A stretch of 64,000 bases of DNA, taken from positions 31,682,001 through 31,746,000 of the forward strand of contig NW_027361743.1 of the NCBI RefSeq assembly GCF_039654945.1, given 5' to 3'. The translations under genes were made by a program, and so were the position numbers. The notes beneath the pieces are model-generated. The model worked only from the letters and a program-made list of their open reading frames with translations. It was not told where the DNA came from and made no database searches. Shown here piece after piece: positions 48,293 to 61,562 of the stretch. The first letter of the stretch is position 1. Each line of letters opens with the position of its first letter. The stretch is from Dendrobates tinctorius. Lineage: Eukaryota.

Positions 48293-49282
48293 TATAAATA
48301 CACTGCTCAAAAAAATAAAGGGAACACTTAAACAACAGTTTAATGCAGCTGTGTTTGTTCTCTGTTTACCCAGCATTACTCTGCATATCTCTGCTTTAAC
48401 CCTTCGCTCCTTTCCCTCTAATGAGCTGGAATGCTGTTGTCAGTTACATGTATGGATGCTGCTAAATTCCCGTCTCTGCTGCGTAGCCACAAATACATGT
48501 ATGGCTCTGCTGCACTGCATGACTACCTGCTTGTGCGGTCCCTGGCTGCCGCTGTGGAAAGCTATCCACAGGTTGCAAGGTCCTCTGCAGTTCTTCACAC
48601 AGGTAATCAACTGAGCCACCCTGCATCTAGTTATTCCATTCACTGCTAGCAAGCAACCTGAATGGTACAACTTCCCACCTCTGCTGCCTCTCTTTTCTGC
48701 TGCAATATATCCAAATGGTAATCAACTGAGCCACCCTGCATGTATTTACTCCATTCACTGCTAGCAAGCAGGCTGAATGGTACAACTTCCCACCTCTGCT
48801 GCCTCTTTTCTGCTGCAATATATCTAAATCGTACAACTCCATACTTCTGCTGCTTTACCATTTTGCTGCATATTTTAATGTGCTTTCAAAAACTTTGGTA
48901 TAATTCATTTGTTGCACTGTATGTAATACTTACTGCTTTAGATCCGTGACTGGGGCCTCTCTAGATCTTATCAGGTTGAAGATGCTATAGCATATTGACA
49001 CAGCCTGGTCTAGTGCCTTTGATCATCTAACCATCCCCTGGGGTGCTGGCCCCAGGTGCCAAATTATACCCAACCAGCTCCCACAATCCCGCTCTCCTGA
49101 CCCTGTAGTGTGGCCTATATATGTAGTAGTTCCTAAGGGGAAGCACGCAGTGTGGGGTGCAGCACGTAAGCATCTCATAAGCAAAGCATCACAGAAGCTA
49201 AGCATCAGGAAAACGGCAGTTATACATGGCAGTTAATCAGGGCAGGAGTCAGGTAACCCACACTTTGCTCTCCCCTTTATCC

Positions 49283-52200
49283 ATGTGCTTTATTTTTATC
49301 CTCCTGTGTTCCTTTGCCATCCACATTCACCACCCTATCCCCCCTCCATCACGACTCATACACATCAGCCCCTCTATACTTCCCTCTCCCTTGTACAACT
49401 CCCATGCACTTCTCATCTTCCTGAGAAACCTCAACCCATCTTGCCCAAACACATCGCAGAAAAAAACTACTTACAATTCCAACAACTATTTGCTCTTTAT
49501 CTTCCTACTCCTACTGATTTCAGGGGACATCTCCCCCAACTCTGGTCCACCATCCCCCAACCTCAACCCCTACCCTACCTCATATCGAAACCATAATAAT
49601 CTTATTAATATTACTTGCACTCCCTCATCTCCATCTTTTAATTGTGCCCTCTGGAATCCACGGTCTGCTTGTAACAAGCTTCCTTTCCTAAACAACTACT
49701 TTCTAAACAACTCTCTTAATCTGTTGGCCCTCACTGAATCCTGGATTCAGGATTCTGACACTGTCTCTCCTGCTGCCATTTCCTATGGTGGCTTACAATT
49801 CTCTCACTCCCCGAGACCCACAAATAGACATGGTGGTGGAGTCGGCATACTCCTGTCCCCACAATGCACTTTCCAGGTCATCCCCCAGTTCCATCACTCT
49901 TATTCCCTTCTTTTGAGGTCCACACCATCAGGCTCTTCTGTCCCCTCTCCCTCAGAGTAGCTGTCATATACCGGCCCCCAGGCTCACCCACCCACTTCCT
50001 TGACCACTTTTCAGCCTGGCTGCCGCACTTCATGTCCTCAGAACTTCCAACCCTTGTCCTGGGAGACTTCAACTTCCCCATTAGCAGCCCAACTTCCACA
50101 TCTGCATCCCAGCTTCTATCACTAACCACCTCTCTAGGCTTCTCACAGCTTTCAACCTCTGAGACACACAAGGACGGTAACACCCTTGATTTGGTCTTCG
50201 GCCGGCTCTGTTCAATCTCCCACCTAAATAACTCACCGCTTCCACTATCTGACCACAACATTCTCAATTCACGCTCACAAATCCTCGCCCACCCAAGCTC
50301 ACTCCTACCGTGTTTCCCCGAAAGTAGGACCCCCCCGAAAGTAAGACAGGGTGGGGGTTACGGGGGGGTCCTTCAATGTAAGGCCTCCCCCGAATGTAAG
50401 GCAGGGTTGGGGGCCGCTGTGAAATGTAAGGCCCTTACCTTTGGGCCGCCGCTGTCCCCCATTGGGTCCCCAGGCTCCAGAGGTGTCCTCAGGTGCAGCT
50501 GGGCGGGTCCAGCGCTCATGGGGTTAACTCGCCGTGTTAACCCCGCAATCCGCCCAGCTCAACAGCTCATTGGCCGCCCCTGTTCCCCACGTCACCGCCG
50601 GCCCCCGGCTCGAGCACTGATTGGTCCAGCAGCTCGGGCTGTAATTGGCCGCCCCAGCCCCACGTCACCGCTGTTTCCCTGCTGATTGGCACAGCGTTCC
50701 CTGCAGCACAGGCCTTCCGCACCCACAGCCGCACCGCAGAGGAAAACGTCCAGCATTTAAAAACCAAGTAGGGAAACATGTACTGTATAGGGTATGGGGC
50801 TGTGTGCAGTGGGATACGGCACTGTTATGGGGTGTGGGGCTGTGTGCAGTGGGATACGGCACTGTTATGGGGTGTGGGGCTGTGTGCAGTGGGATACGGC
50901 ACTGTTATGGGGTGTGGGGCTGTGTGCAGTGGGATACGGCACTGTTATGGGGTGTGGGGCTGTGTACAGTGGGATACGGCACTGTTATGGGGTGTGGGGC
51001 TGTGTGCTGTGGGATACGGCACTGTTATGGGGTATAACAGCATGTTAATAAATGTTAATTTATTGGTTAAAAAGAAATTGTCATATTTTTTCGGCTAATG
51101 TAAGACCTCCCCCGAAAGTAAGACAGGGTGGGACTTTTTGGGGTAAAATTAATGTAAGACAGGGTCTTACTTTCGGGGAAACACGGTACCTACCACACAG
51201 TCAGAAATCTACAAGCCATTAAACCTCAGACACTTTCAGACTCCCTACACTCATCACTGTCCCCAATTTCCTCTTTTTCGTGTCCTAATCTGGCTGTTCA
51301 TCACTACAATGACACTCTTAGAACCACCCTTGACCAAGTAGCTCCCCTCACCCTCAGAACCTCCAATCACAGAGTAAAACAGCCCTGGCTCACATCGCAA
51401 ACTCAACTTCTCCAGCGATGCTCTAGGAGTGCTGAACGCCTATGGAGAAAAACCCGCACACCAGAAGACTTCATGCACTTCAAATTTATGTTAAGAACCT
51501 ATAACACTGCCCTTCACCTCGCCAAACAGACCTACTTCACCACCGTGATCTCACTAGCCAACAACCCCAAGAAATGTTTTGACACTTTTCACTCCCTCCT
51601 CAGGCCAAAAGCACAAGCCCCTATCACAGACATTTGTGCTGATGACCTGGCCTTCCACTTTACAGGAAAAATAGATAATATCCGTCAGGAAATCTGCTTC
51701 CAACCACCAAGTGCTGTGACTCCCATCCCTTCCTGCATCTCCCCTGGCTCACTTTCCACATTTGATCCCATCACAGAAAAAGAAGTCTCCAGACTCCTCT
51801 CTTCTTCTCGTCCGACTACATGCACTACTGACCCCATTCCCTCACATCTCCTCCAGTCTCTCTCTCCAGTCGTCACAACCCACCTAACTACAATCTTTAA
51901 TCTCTCCCTCTCCTCGGGCATTTTCCCATCCTCCTTCAAACACGCCATCGTTACTCCATTACTAAAGAAACCCACTCTCGACCAATCCTGCACAAACAAC
52001 TACAGACCAGTCTCTAATCTCCCCTTCATCTCTAAACTTTTGGAGCGCCTAGTTTACTCCCGCCTTACCCGTTACCTCTCCACTCACTCCCTTCTAGACC
52101 CTTCACAGTCCGGCTTCCGCCCCCTACATTTGACTGAAACTGCACTCATCAAAGTGACCAATGACCTTCTGACAGCAAAACGTAATGGTGACCCACTCTC

Positions 52201-53245
52201 TGCTCATTCTTCTTGACCTATCTGCAGCTTTCGATACTGTTGACCACCATCTCCTACTCTCTAGGCTCCAGTCACTAGGCATTAAGGACACCGCTCTCTA
52301 CTGGTTCTCTTCCTATCTCTCTGACCGCTCCTTCAGTGTTTTGTTCTCTGGCTCCACTTCATCTCCTCTTCCTCTTGCTGTCGGGGTACCTCAGGGCTCA
52401 GTCCTTGGCCCCCTTCTCTTCTCTCTCTACACAGCCCCAATCGGACAGAGCATCAGCAGATTTGGCTTTTGGTACCATCTTTATGCTGATGACACACAAC
52501 TATATACGTCTTCCCCCGACCTTACCCCCTCTGTACTACAGAACGCCAGTGACTGTCTGTCCGCAGTCTCCAATATCATGTCCACTCTCTATATGAAACT
52601 CAACCTCTCCAAAACTGAACTTCTTCTGCTCCCGCCGTCTACTAACCTCCCTAAATCTGACATTTCCCTCTCCGTGGGTGGTACCACAATAACTCCCCGG
52701 CAGCAGGCGCGCTGTCTGGGTGTTATGTTTGACAACAATCTCTCCTTCACATCCCATATACAATCTCTTGCCCGCTCTTGCCGCTTACACCTAAAGAACA
52801 TCTCTAGAATCTGCCCTTTTCTCACCATGGAAACAACAAAAATCCTCACTGTAGCATTGATCCACTCCCGCCTGAATTACTGCAATGCTCTATTAATTGG
52901 CCTCCCCTCACTCGACTATCCCCTCTCCAGTCCATACTTAATGCAGCAGCCAGGATCGTCCATCTGGCTAATCAGTACTCGGACGTGTCCGCTCTTCGTC
53001 AGTCATTACACTGGCTGCCCATTCATTATAGGATCCAATTCAAAGTACTTGTTCTCACCCACAAAGCTCTCCACGGTGCGGCACCCCCCTATATCTCCTC
53101 CCTCATTTCTGTCTATCGGCCTAGCCGATCGCTGCGCTCTGCAAACGACTTTCGACTAACCTCTGCACTAATCCGTACCTCCCACTCCAGACTCCAAGAC
53201 TTCTCCCGTGCTGCTCCTATCTTCTGGAATGCTCTACCCCAAGAA
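49283..53245 (+). pseudogene. L2 ORF (hydrophobic N-peptide + 2A-like motif + APE + RT), frameshifted and interrupted
   Basis: ORF pieces 49226-49960, 49864-50307, 51473-52216, 52185-53159 and 52985-53272. Confidence 0.9.
50308..51186. mobile_element. Tc1/mariner-superfamily (pogo/Tigger-like) MITE with 6 x 40-bp internal tandem repeat (about 50790-51032)
   Basis: TA TSD; TIR CCGTGTTTCCCCGAAAGTA(G/A)GAC; subterminal CCCCGAAAGTAAG repeats. Confidence 0.9.
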
Positions 53246-53249
53246 ATTA

Positions 53250-53316
53250 ATCATAGAATCATAGAATCGTAGAGTTGGAAGGGACCTCCTGGGCCATCTG
53301 GTCCAACCCCCTGCTC
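53250..53316 (-). mobile_element. ~67-bp extreme 5'-truncated CR1 3' end
   Basis: Matches 15004-15064; TSD aaatta (53244-53249, 53317-53322). Confidence 0.85.
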
Positions 53317-56300
53317 AAATTAGGACTAACCACAATTTGCATAGTTTTAGGCGCTCCCTCAAAACACATTTGTTCAGAGTGGCTTATCACGTTCACTAAT
53401 CAAAGTCATTTTAAGTGTAAGTGTGCGTGTGTAGCCCATTCACCATCTCCATCCATCCTTCACTCCCTCAAGATGGCTGGAACTTCATTGTAAATATACA
53501 ATTGTAAATACACACCTGTACTTTGTATCTCCCTCACCTCATGGTAGATTGTAAGCTCTCACGAGCAGGGTCGTTTTATTTTGCTTTAATTATTGTATTG
53601 TTAACGTTGTTACTTATGACTTGTGTTTTGAAACTGTTAAACTGTAAAGCGCTGTGGAATATGCTGGCGCTATATAAATAAAGATTATTATTAGCTGTGC
53701 TTGACTTACCACGTGTGTTCAGGCTTGCAGCCACAGCCAGATGTCCTTTGCAATGCTGATTTGTGTCTGGTTGTGCTTAGGGTGCGCGTGGCCACACCTC
53801 CCCTGCTTTTATGAGGAATGGATGTGTGCTAGAATTGCTGCTCCAGCCTATCGCTGTGAGGCAGCTCCTATATAAAGTTTCCCTGTCCAGGGGGGCGTTG
53901 CCAGAGCTTCTCATTAAGTTTCTGAGTCTTGTTATGTCTGTTTGGTGTTCAGCACCTGTCCTGCCTGCCTACAGTGCTAGGTGAGCTGATGCCTGTCGTC
54001 CGCCTGCTCTGGGGGCAGAGTACTGCTCCTAAACAAAAAACTAATTTTTAAAAATGCATATACTTTATTAGTGATAATAAAACCATAGAACATCAAAAGA
54101 AACCAAGCAACTTAATGCTGATCAAAACTCCAACCATAATCACAATATTAGAAAAATACTAGGATGGGGGAATAGATGGCCTAATTGTCCCCAGTAGGCC
54201 CTTTACTTCCCCCTACCTAACAGCGGAGGTTGGCACCCTCTTGGAACGCAAATGGCGCCCCCACTCCACGGTGGCTGTCCCTGCTCACCCTGTTGAATGC
54301 TGTTCTCAGGAGGAACACCAACACAATCCAACAAAGGGACATATAAGAAGAACAAACTATCTGGTCGGCCGGTTCCATGGGGTTACCCATGATGGCTCCT
54401 GCCGTTGTCTGAAGGCTGCCTGAGGTCAGTGTCTGATGTTCTCCTGCTGTGCCTGTGCTACGCCTAAGGCCTGAGAGAGAGGCCATCCTAGTATGCCCGT
54501 GCCAGATAACCCTGGACTGCATCAACCTGTGATGACCCTAGCCATCATCTGAAGTCTGCCTGAGGTCGGTGTCTGATGTTCTCCTGCTGACCCTGTGCTA
54601 CGCCTAAGGCCTGAGAGAGAGGCCATCCTAGTATGCCTGTGACAGAGAACCCTGGACTGTGTCAACCCATGATGACCTCTTGCCAACGTCTGAAGCTAGT
54701 CTGAGGTCGGTGTCTGATGTTCTCCTGCTGTGCCTGTGCTACGCCTGAGGCCTGAGATAGAGGCCATGCCCTTGCCAGATGACTCTGGACTGCGTCAACC
54801 TGAGATGACCTCTTGCTTCGCCTGTCAACCTGAGAAGTGTTTCCTTCGTGATGTGCATAATCTGGAACCTGGTGTTTTGATGTCATTTGCTTTATTTCAG
54901 TAAATTTTATGTTTCTTCATACCTGAAGTTGTGCCGTGTCTTTTAGTCCTACATTTGGCCATCTTGTCCACAAGCTCAGCTGCCACAGACCCTGGTCGCT
55001 ACCCTTCCCTAGTCCGGGTAGGCCCGAATCCTCCCTGTAGTCCATTGAGTCCACATTCCACGATCACCTGGGACGCATACCCCTGTCGTCATTATAGTTC
55101 GACGACATGGGAGCATTGGCTGGGTAAGCCACGCTGCGTCCGCGATCGTAGCAAACAGAATATAACTCCAAGTAAATCAAACTTCTGTAAAATCAAACTG
55201 TCCAGTTAGGAAGCAACACTGATTGACAATCAATTTCACATGCTGTTGTGCAAATGGAATAGACAACAGATGGAAATTATTGGCAATTATCAAGACACGC
55301 TCAATAAAGGAGTGGTTCTGCTGGTGGGGACCACAGACCACATCTCAGTACCAATGCTTTCTGGCTGATATTTTGGTCACTTTTGAATGTTGGTTGTGCT
55401 TTCACACTCATGGTAGCATGAGACGGACTCTACAACCCACACAAGTGGCTCAGGTAGTGCAGCTCATCCAGGATGGCACATCAATGTGAGCTGTGGCAAG
55501 AAGGTTTGCTGTTTCTGTCAGCATAGTGTCCAGAGGCTCGAGGCGCTACCAGGAGACAGACCAGTAAGACGTGGAAGGGGCCGTAGGAGGGCAACAACCC
55601 AGCAGCAGGTATGCTACCTCTGCCTTTGTGCAAGGAGGAACAGGGGGAGCACTGCCAGAGCCCTGCAAAATGACCTCCAGCAGGCTACAAATGTGCATTT
55701 GTGTCTGCACAAACAGTTAGAAACCAACTGCATGAGGATTGTCTGAGGGCCCGACGTCCACAGATGGGGATTGTGCTCACAGCCCCACAACGTGCAGGAC
55801 GCTTGGCATTTGCCACAGAGCACCAGGATTGGCAAATTCACCACTGGCGCCCTGTGCTCTTCACAGATGAAAGCAAGTTCACACTGAGCACATGTGACAG
55901 ACGTGACAGAGTCTGGAGATGCAGTGGAGAGCGATCTGCTGCCTGCAGCATCCTTCAGCATGGCTGGTTTGGCAGTGGGTCAGTAATGGTGTGAGGTGGA
56001 ATTTCTTTGGAGAGCCGCACAGCCCTCCATGTGATCCCCAGAGGTAGCCTGACTGCCATTAGGTACCGAGATGAGATCCTCAGACCCCTTGTGAGACCAT
56101 GTGCTGGTGCGGTTGGCCCTGGGTTCCTCCTAATGCAGGACAGACCTCATGTGGCTGGAGTGTGTCAGCAGTTCCTACAAGATGAAGGACTTGAAGTTAT
56201 GGACTGGCCTGCCCGTTCCCCCGACCTGAATCCGATTGAGCACATCTGGGACATCATGTTTCACTCCATCCACGAACGTTGCATCACAGGCTGTTCAGGA

Positions 56301-57789
56301 GTTGGCGGATGCTTTAGTCCAGGTCTGGGAGGAGATCCCTCAGGAGACCATCCGCCGCCTCATCAGTAGCATGCCCAGGCATTGTACAGTAGGGGGGTCA
56401 TACAGGCACGTGGAGGCCACACAATACTGAGCATCTTTTCCTTGTCATGAGGCATTTCCACTGAAGTTTGATCAGCCTGTAATTCGATTTTCCACTTTGA
56501 TTTTGAGCATCATTCCAAATCCAGACCTCCATGGGATATTCATTTTGATTTACATTGATAATTGTTATGTTTTATTGTTCTGAACACATTCCACTATGCA
56601 ATGAATAAAAATTTGCAACTAGAATAATTAATTCAGAGATATCTAGGATGTGGTATTTTAGTGTTTCCTTTATTTTTTTGAGTAGTGTTTATATATATAT
56701 ATATATATATGTTTATATACATATATATATTCACATATATTTGTTTTGTGTGTAGACAAAAGAAGAAGTTGAACAAGGAAATGACATCACATTTTTTTTT
56801 TAATAATATATCTTTATTTTTCTCTATGGATTTACAAAAATGCTTGAAAATCCGCATCAAAAACTGCATCAAAAACGCATAAAAAACACGTGGATTTTTC
56901 ACTGTGTTTTTCTGCCAAAAGATGCAGAAACCGTGCAGAAATTTCTGCAAGCAAATCTGCAGCTGGCGCACAGTCTTTGTGTGAAAAATTGATTGGACTA
57001 GATAGCGGATGCCATATCGCATTTGCAGAGTCCCTGAGTTGCCTAAACAGTAGAAACCTCCCTCAAAGGACCCCAATTTGGAAGGAGTGCCGTATTATAG
57101 GGCAGTTTTTGTTGTTATGGTTTGCGGATACCATATCACATTGGTAGATCCCCTGAGGTGCCAGAACCGCAAAATTCCCCATAAGTGACACCATTTTACA
57201 AACAACACCTCTCAATGAATTCATCTAGAGGAGCATTGATCATATTGTCACAACTGGTGTGTTACAGAATTTTATACCATTGGGCACTGAAGAAAAAATA
57301 ATTAACTTTTTACCACAAAAATTTTGTTTTAGCCCCAGATTTTACATTTTCTAAAGGGTAAATTGGTAAACATGGCACAAAGATCTGTCACACAATTTCT
57401 ACTGAATGAGGCAATACCCCATATGTGGCTGTAGAGTACTGCTTAGCCACATGGAAGGAAGGAACGCTATTTCACTCTTAGAGAACAAATTTTCATAGAA
57501 TACGGTAGTTTGCGTACTCCATATACAGATTCCCTAAATTGCCAGAAAAGCAGAATCATAATCTCAAGTGACCTCATTTTGAAAATTACACCGCTGGGAA
57601 TTTATATACAGGTGTAGTACCAATTTTGACTCCATGGGTGTTTTACATGAACATGCTGCAGTGGATGGTGCAGAGCAAAAATTGAAAATCTGCCGTTGCA
57701 ATGCCCATACATTATGCCCGGTTCGTACTTCTGAAGAGATGGACCCCATAAATTAAGCTGACTTTCATCGCTACAGAAATAGCAATCAT

Positions 57790-59325
57790 AAACATAAACA
57801 CGGAAAAAATAAGCGATCAAAAAAAGTCCAAAAGACTAAATGATTTCAAAAGGTAAAACATTAAATCTTTATTGTAATATGACCAAGGTATAGGGAGGGT
57901 GAAAACAAGTCAAACATGACCATGGTAGCACAAGGGCGACAAAGTGGGGCATACATGGGGCTTATGGACAGTGTAGGGGAGAACAGGTTGCTTAGACATA
58001 ATTATGTTAGTAACATTGAAGATATAGCACCCAACCCCAAAATACATATTACATACACAGCCCAACAGGATATACTAATAAAAAGACGGTGAATCAAAAT
58101 ACAAACTTCTTTACCTGTTGGAATGGTAAATGGAGGTCCGCCAAAGTATAACCCCCCCCAACGCACGTTTCGGCAAATGGCCTTTCTCAAGGGGTGAAGG
58201 GAAAAGGGGAAGTGAGGGATATTTAAGATAGAGTCCACCAATAAGATGGTAGATCACACACATGTGACAAATCAGGCCAATCATACATATAACAAGAATC
58301 ACTCACAAAGATGGCGCTTGTAACCATGGTTACCACACATAAGCCACACAGCTCCATATGACAACATCTCATGTAACAGTGCCCAGCAGGGAAAAGCGGA
58401 CAAATACCACATCCGGTATTTAGTTATAATGGAAGCACATCACTATCCCATAGAAGATATCACAAAGGATCTCTAGTATTGGAGCATAGAAAAACTGCGC
58501 CCCGTCCTATATTAATGACATCAGCAGGCATGATAACAATAGACAGTGGTAGCGTCAGAATGGCCACTCCCCCTACTAGATCACAAGAGGAAACACGTCC
58601 AATCCTAATGACGCGGTCATGGAGCCGAGACCCACGTCACAAGCTCCTCCCCTTGATGAGTCATATGTGACGACGCGTCCAACCATAATGACGCGCTCCG
58701 TCACCCTGGCAACCCCGATGACGCCACATCACGTGGTTAGTCACATGACCCGATGCCGAGAGCCGACCGACGTGTGGGAGACAGCGGCGCGTGCGCGTAC
58801 GGCGGGAGCGCCTGTCACATAGCAGGGGGATATGTTAATACAAAACCTATGCGCATAAGGGTGCCAATGCTATAATCACAAAAAGGAAAAAGAGTCAAGG
58901 ACAAATGTGGTAATAACAGTTAGATAAACATATACTGTATGACATTAATTTCTAATGCCTGGAGAATATGTGGCTATTGGATCATCTGTACAGCCATGTA
59001 GGGTACTTAATATACAGTGCCAACAGAATTAGCAAGGCATATGCAGACAGAGGAGAAGAGACATTGCATAAATATAATGTAAGAACATCATATAATAACA
59101 TGGGCAGAACTATTATATTAAACATCATTATAGGTACACTGGAGACAATGAATATACGAAGTGCATTGCCACGAAGATGCCCATAGCATTCCTCATCTGC
59201 AAGGTTCGATATGCCCGAGTATATCCAAATGTAGAGGGGCCATATGGATTTCCAAGAGTTAAAACACAGATGTGTAATATTGGAGAACTCTAAAGATAAA
59301 AACACACAAAATTAAAACTAAAAAT
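57790..59325 (-). mobile_element. Penelope-like non-autonomous insertion with a hammerhead
   Basis: 11-bp TSD atagcaatcat (57779-57789, 59326-59336); minus-strand AATAAA at about 57868; CpG-rich segment 58550-58820; no coding homology seen. Confidence 0.75.
58156..58194 (-). ncRNA. Minimal type-I hammerhead ribozyme, U3-A8 core variant
   Basis: Minus strand CCCC UUGAGAA A GGC-CAUUU-GCC GAAAC GUGC GUU^ GGGG. Confidence 0.8.
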
Positions 59326-60162
59326 ATAGCAATCATGTGGATGCTAAGTACAGTTTAGGCACACTGTGCAGCTTAGAAGGGAAGGGGCATTTAGATTTGG
59401 GAGCGCAGAATTTGTTGGATTTCGTTTAGGGTTGAGGGGACATTTTGCTTTTCCAGAGCTTTTGTGCTACCAATGATGTGGAAACCGCCTATATTTCCAT
59501 TGACAGATGATGGACCTGAGTGGTGACTCATTTTTTGTGGATTGATTTGAAGTTTTATTGGGAACATTTCATATAACATTTTGGATCACATTTATCCTGC
59601 GCTCTACACTGAGCACTTGCATTGGTGTTTCTACTGTATCTAATACTCTGAGTGACTTGATTCAGATGAACCCCCCAAGGGATCCATTTACTATAATGAG
59701 GCAGCAGAGTTACTCTGGACTCAGTCTGGTCTCTGTTCAGCAGTGTCATCCCTTTCAGACATCCGTGTGTTAAAATTGATAAGGCAGCTTTTTTCTTTGG
59801 GTCAGTACGATTACAACAATACCACATTTTTAAAAAATTTTTTTACTGTTTTGTCGCTTTTACACAATAAAAATCATTTCTTAGAAAAAAGAATTGTTTT
59901 TGCATTGCTTTATTCTGAGAGCTATAACTTTTTTTTATTTCTCTGCTGATGGAGCTCTATGACTGATTGTTTTTTCAGTGATACAATTTCTATTTACATT
60001 CAACTTTTTTATATCGTTTTATTGCTCCTTTTGTTCAGCAGTGGAAGTTTATTTTTGTTTTTACATACATTTATGTATTTATTGGTATAATATTATATAT
60101 ATACAGTATGTATGTGTATATATATATATATATATACAGTATATATACAGTATATATATATA

Positions 60163-61384
60163 TACTCACTGGCCACTTTATTAGGTACACCATGCTAGTA
60201 ACGGGTTGGACCCCCTTTTGCCTTCAGAACTGCCTCAATTCTTCGTGGCAGAGATTCAACAAGGTGCTGGAAGCATTCCTCAGAGATTTTGGACCATATT
60301 GACATGATGGCATCACACAGTTGGCGCAGATTTGTCGGCTGCACATCCCTGATGCGAATCTCCCGTTCCACCACATCCCAAAGATGCTCTATTGGATTGA
60401 GATCTGGTGACTGAGGAGGCCATTTGAGTACAGTGAACTCATTGTCATGTTCAAGAAACCAATCTGAGATGATTCGAGCTTTATGACATGGCGCATTATC
60501 CTGCTGAAAGTAGCCATCAGATGTTGGGTACATTGTGGTCATAAAGGGATGGACATGGTCAGCAACAATACTCAGGTAGGCTGTGGCGTTGCAACGATGC
60601 TCAATTGGTACCAAGGGGCCCAAAGAGTGCCAAGAAAAAAATTCCCCACACCATGACACCACCACCACCAGCCTGAACCGTTGATACAAGGCAGGATGGA
60701 TCCATGCTTTCATGTTGTTTACGCCAAATTCTGACCCTACCATCCGAATGTCGCAGCAGAAATCGAGACTCATCAGACCAGGCAACGTTTTTCCAATCTT
60801 CTACTGTCCAATTTCGATGAGCTTGTGCAAATTGTAGCCTCAGTTTCCTGTTCTTAGCTGAGAGGAGTGGTACCCGGTGTGGTCTTCTGCTGCTGTAGCC
60901 CATCTGCCTCAAAGTTCGACGCACTGTGCGTTCAGAGATGCTCTTCTGCCTACCTTGGTTGTAACGGGTGGCAATTTGAGTCACTGTTGCCTTTCTATCA
61001 GCTCGAACCAGTCTGCCCATTCTCCTCTGACCTCTGGCATCAACAAGGCATTTCCGGCCACAGAACTGCCGCTCACTGGATTTTTTTTCTTTTTCGGACC
61101 ATTCTCTGTAAACCCTAGAGATGGTTGTGCGTGAAAATCCCAGTAGATCAGCAGTTTCTGAAATACTCAGACCAGCCCTTCTGGCACCAACAATCATGCC
61201 ACGTTCAAAGGCACTCAAATCACCTTTCTTCCCCATACTGATGCTCGGTTTGAACTGCAGGAGATTGTCTTGACCATGTCTACATGCCTAAATGCACTGA
61301 GTTGCCGCCATGTGATTGGCAGATTAGAAATTAAGTCTTAACACACAGTTGGACAGGTGTACCTAATAAAGTGGCCAGTGAGTG
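60163..61384 (-). mobile_element. Young full-length Tc1 transposon
   Basis: ~29-bp TIR (C/T)ACTCACTGGCCACTTTATTAGGTACACC in TA microsatellite flanks. Confidence 0.96.
60195..61236 (-). pseudogene. Tc1 DD34E transposase with a single frameshift in the homopolymer run at about 60634-60641
   Basis: MGKKGDLS.FERGMIVG HTH; WSDESRF; FQQDNAPCH; SPDLNPIEHLW; GGPTRY*. Confidence 0.93.
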
Positions 61385-61562
61385 TATATATATATATATT
61401 TAATGTGACAGGTTATGCAGAAGTCTTTTGGAGAGTCATATCCACTATAAAAATGTACGAAGAAAATCTATTAATACAGAATTTTGTACTTAGCTTGAAA
61501 ATCAAAATGATGTTGACTAGTGGATATTCACTTTTGGACAGTCATATTGTGTGTGTATATAT

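Larger units (their letters stand above)
48549..53693 (+). mobile_element. Full-length or near full-length L2-clade LINE with a long 5' UTR and a single APE-RT ORF preceded by a 2A-like peptide
   Basis: Junctions defined by LTR colinearity (possible TSD gctg); (ATT)n tail; [41 protein letters not shown] and YADD motifs. Confidence 0.93.
48339..55153 (+). mobile_element. Solo LTR (same family as 2230-4249), split by the L2; contains 3 x ~140-bp tandem units (54400-54830)
   Basis: TSD aacag (48334-48338, 55154-55158); 48380-48548 + 53694-53920 are colinear with 2890-3290. Confidence 0.8.
48301..56687 (+). mobile_element. Second copy of the same Tc1 family, head-to-head with the first, split by an LTR at 48339-55153
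   Basis: TIRs at 48301-48330 and 56660-56687; decayed transposase at 55418-56430. Confidence 0.9.

Noticed and set aside
54030-54360. Ribozyme in the AT-rich insert within the LTR (hairpins at 54166-54213 and 54220-54280)
   Set aside because: Stable hairpins are present, but I could not fit a hammerhead, HDV or twister core, and no TSD was found.
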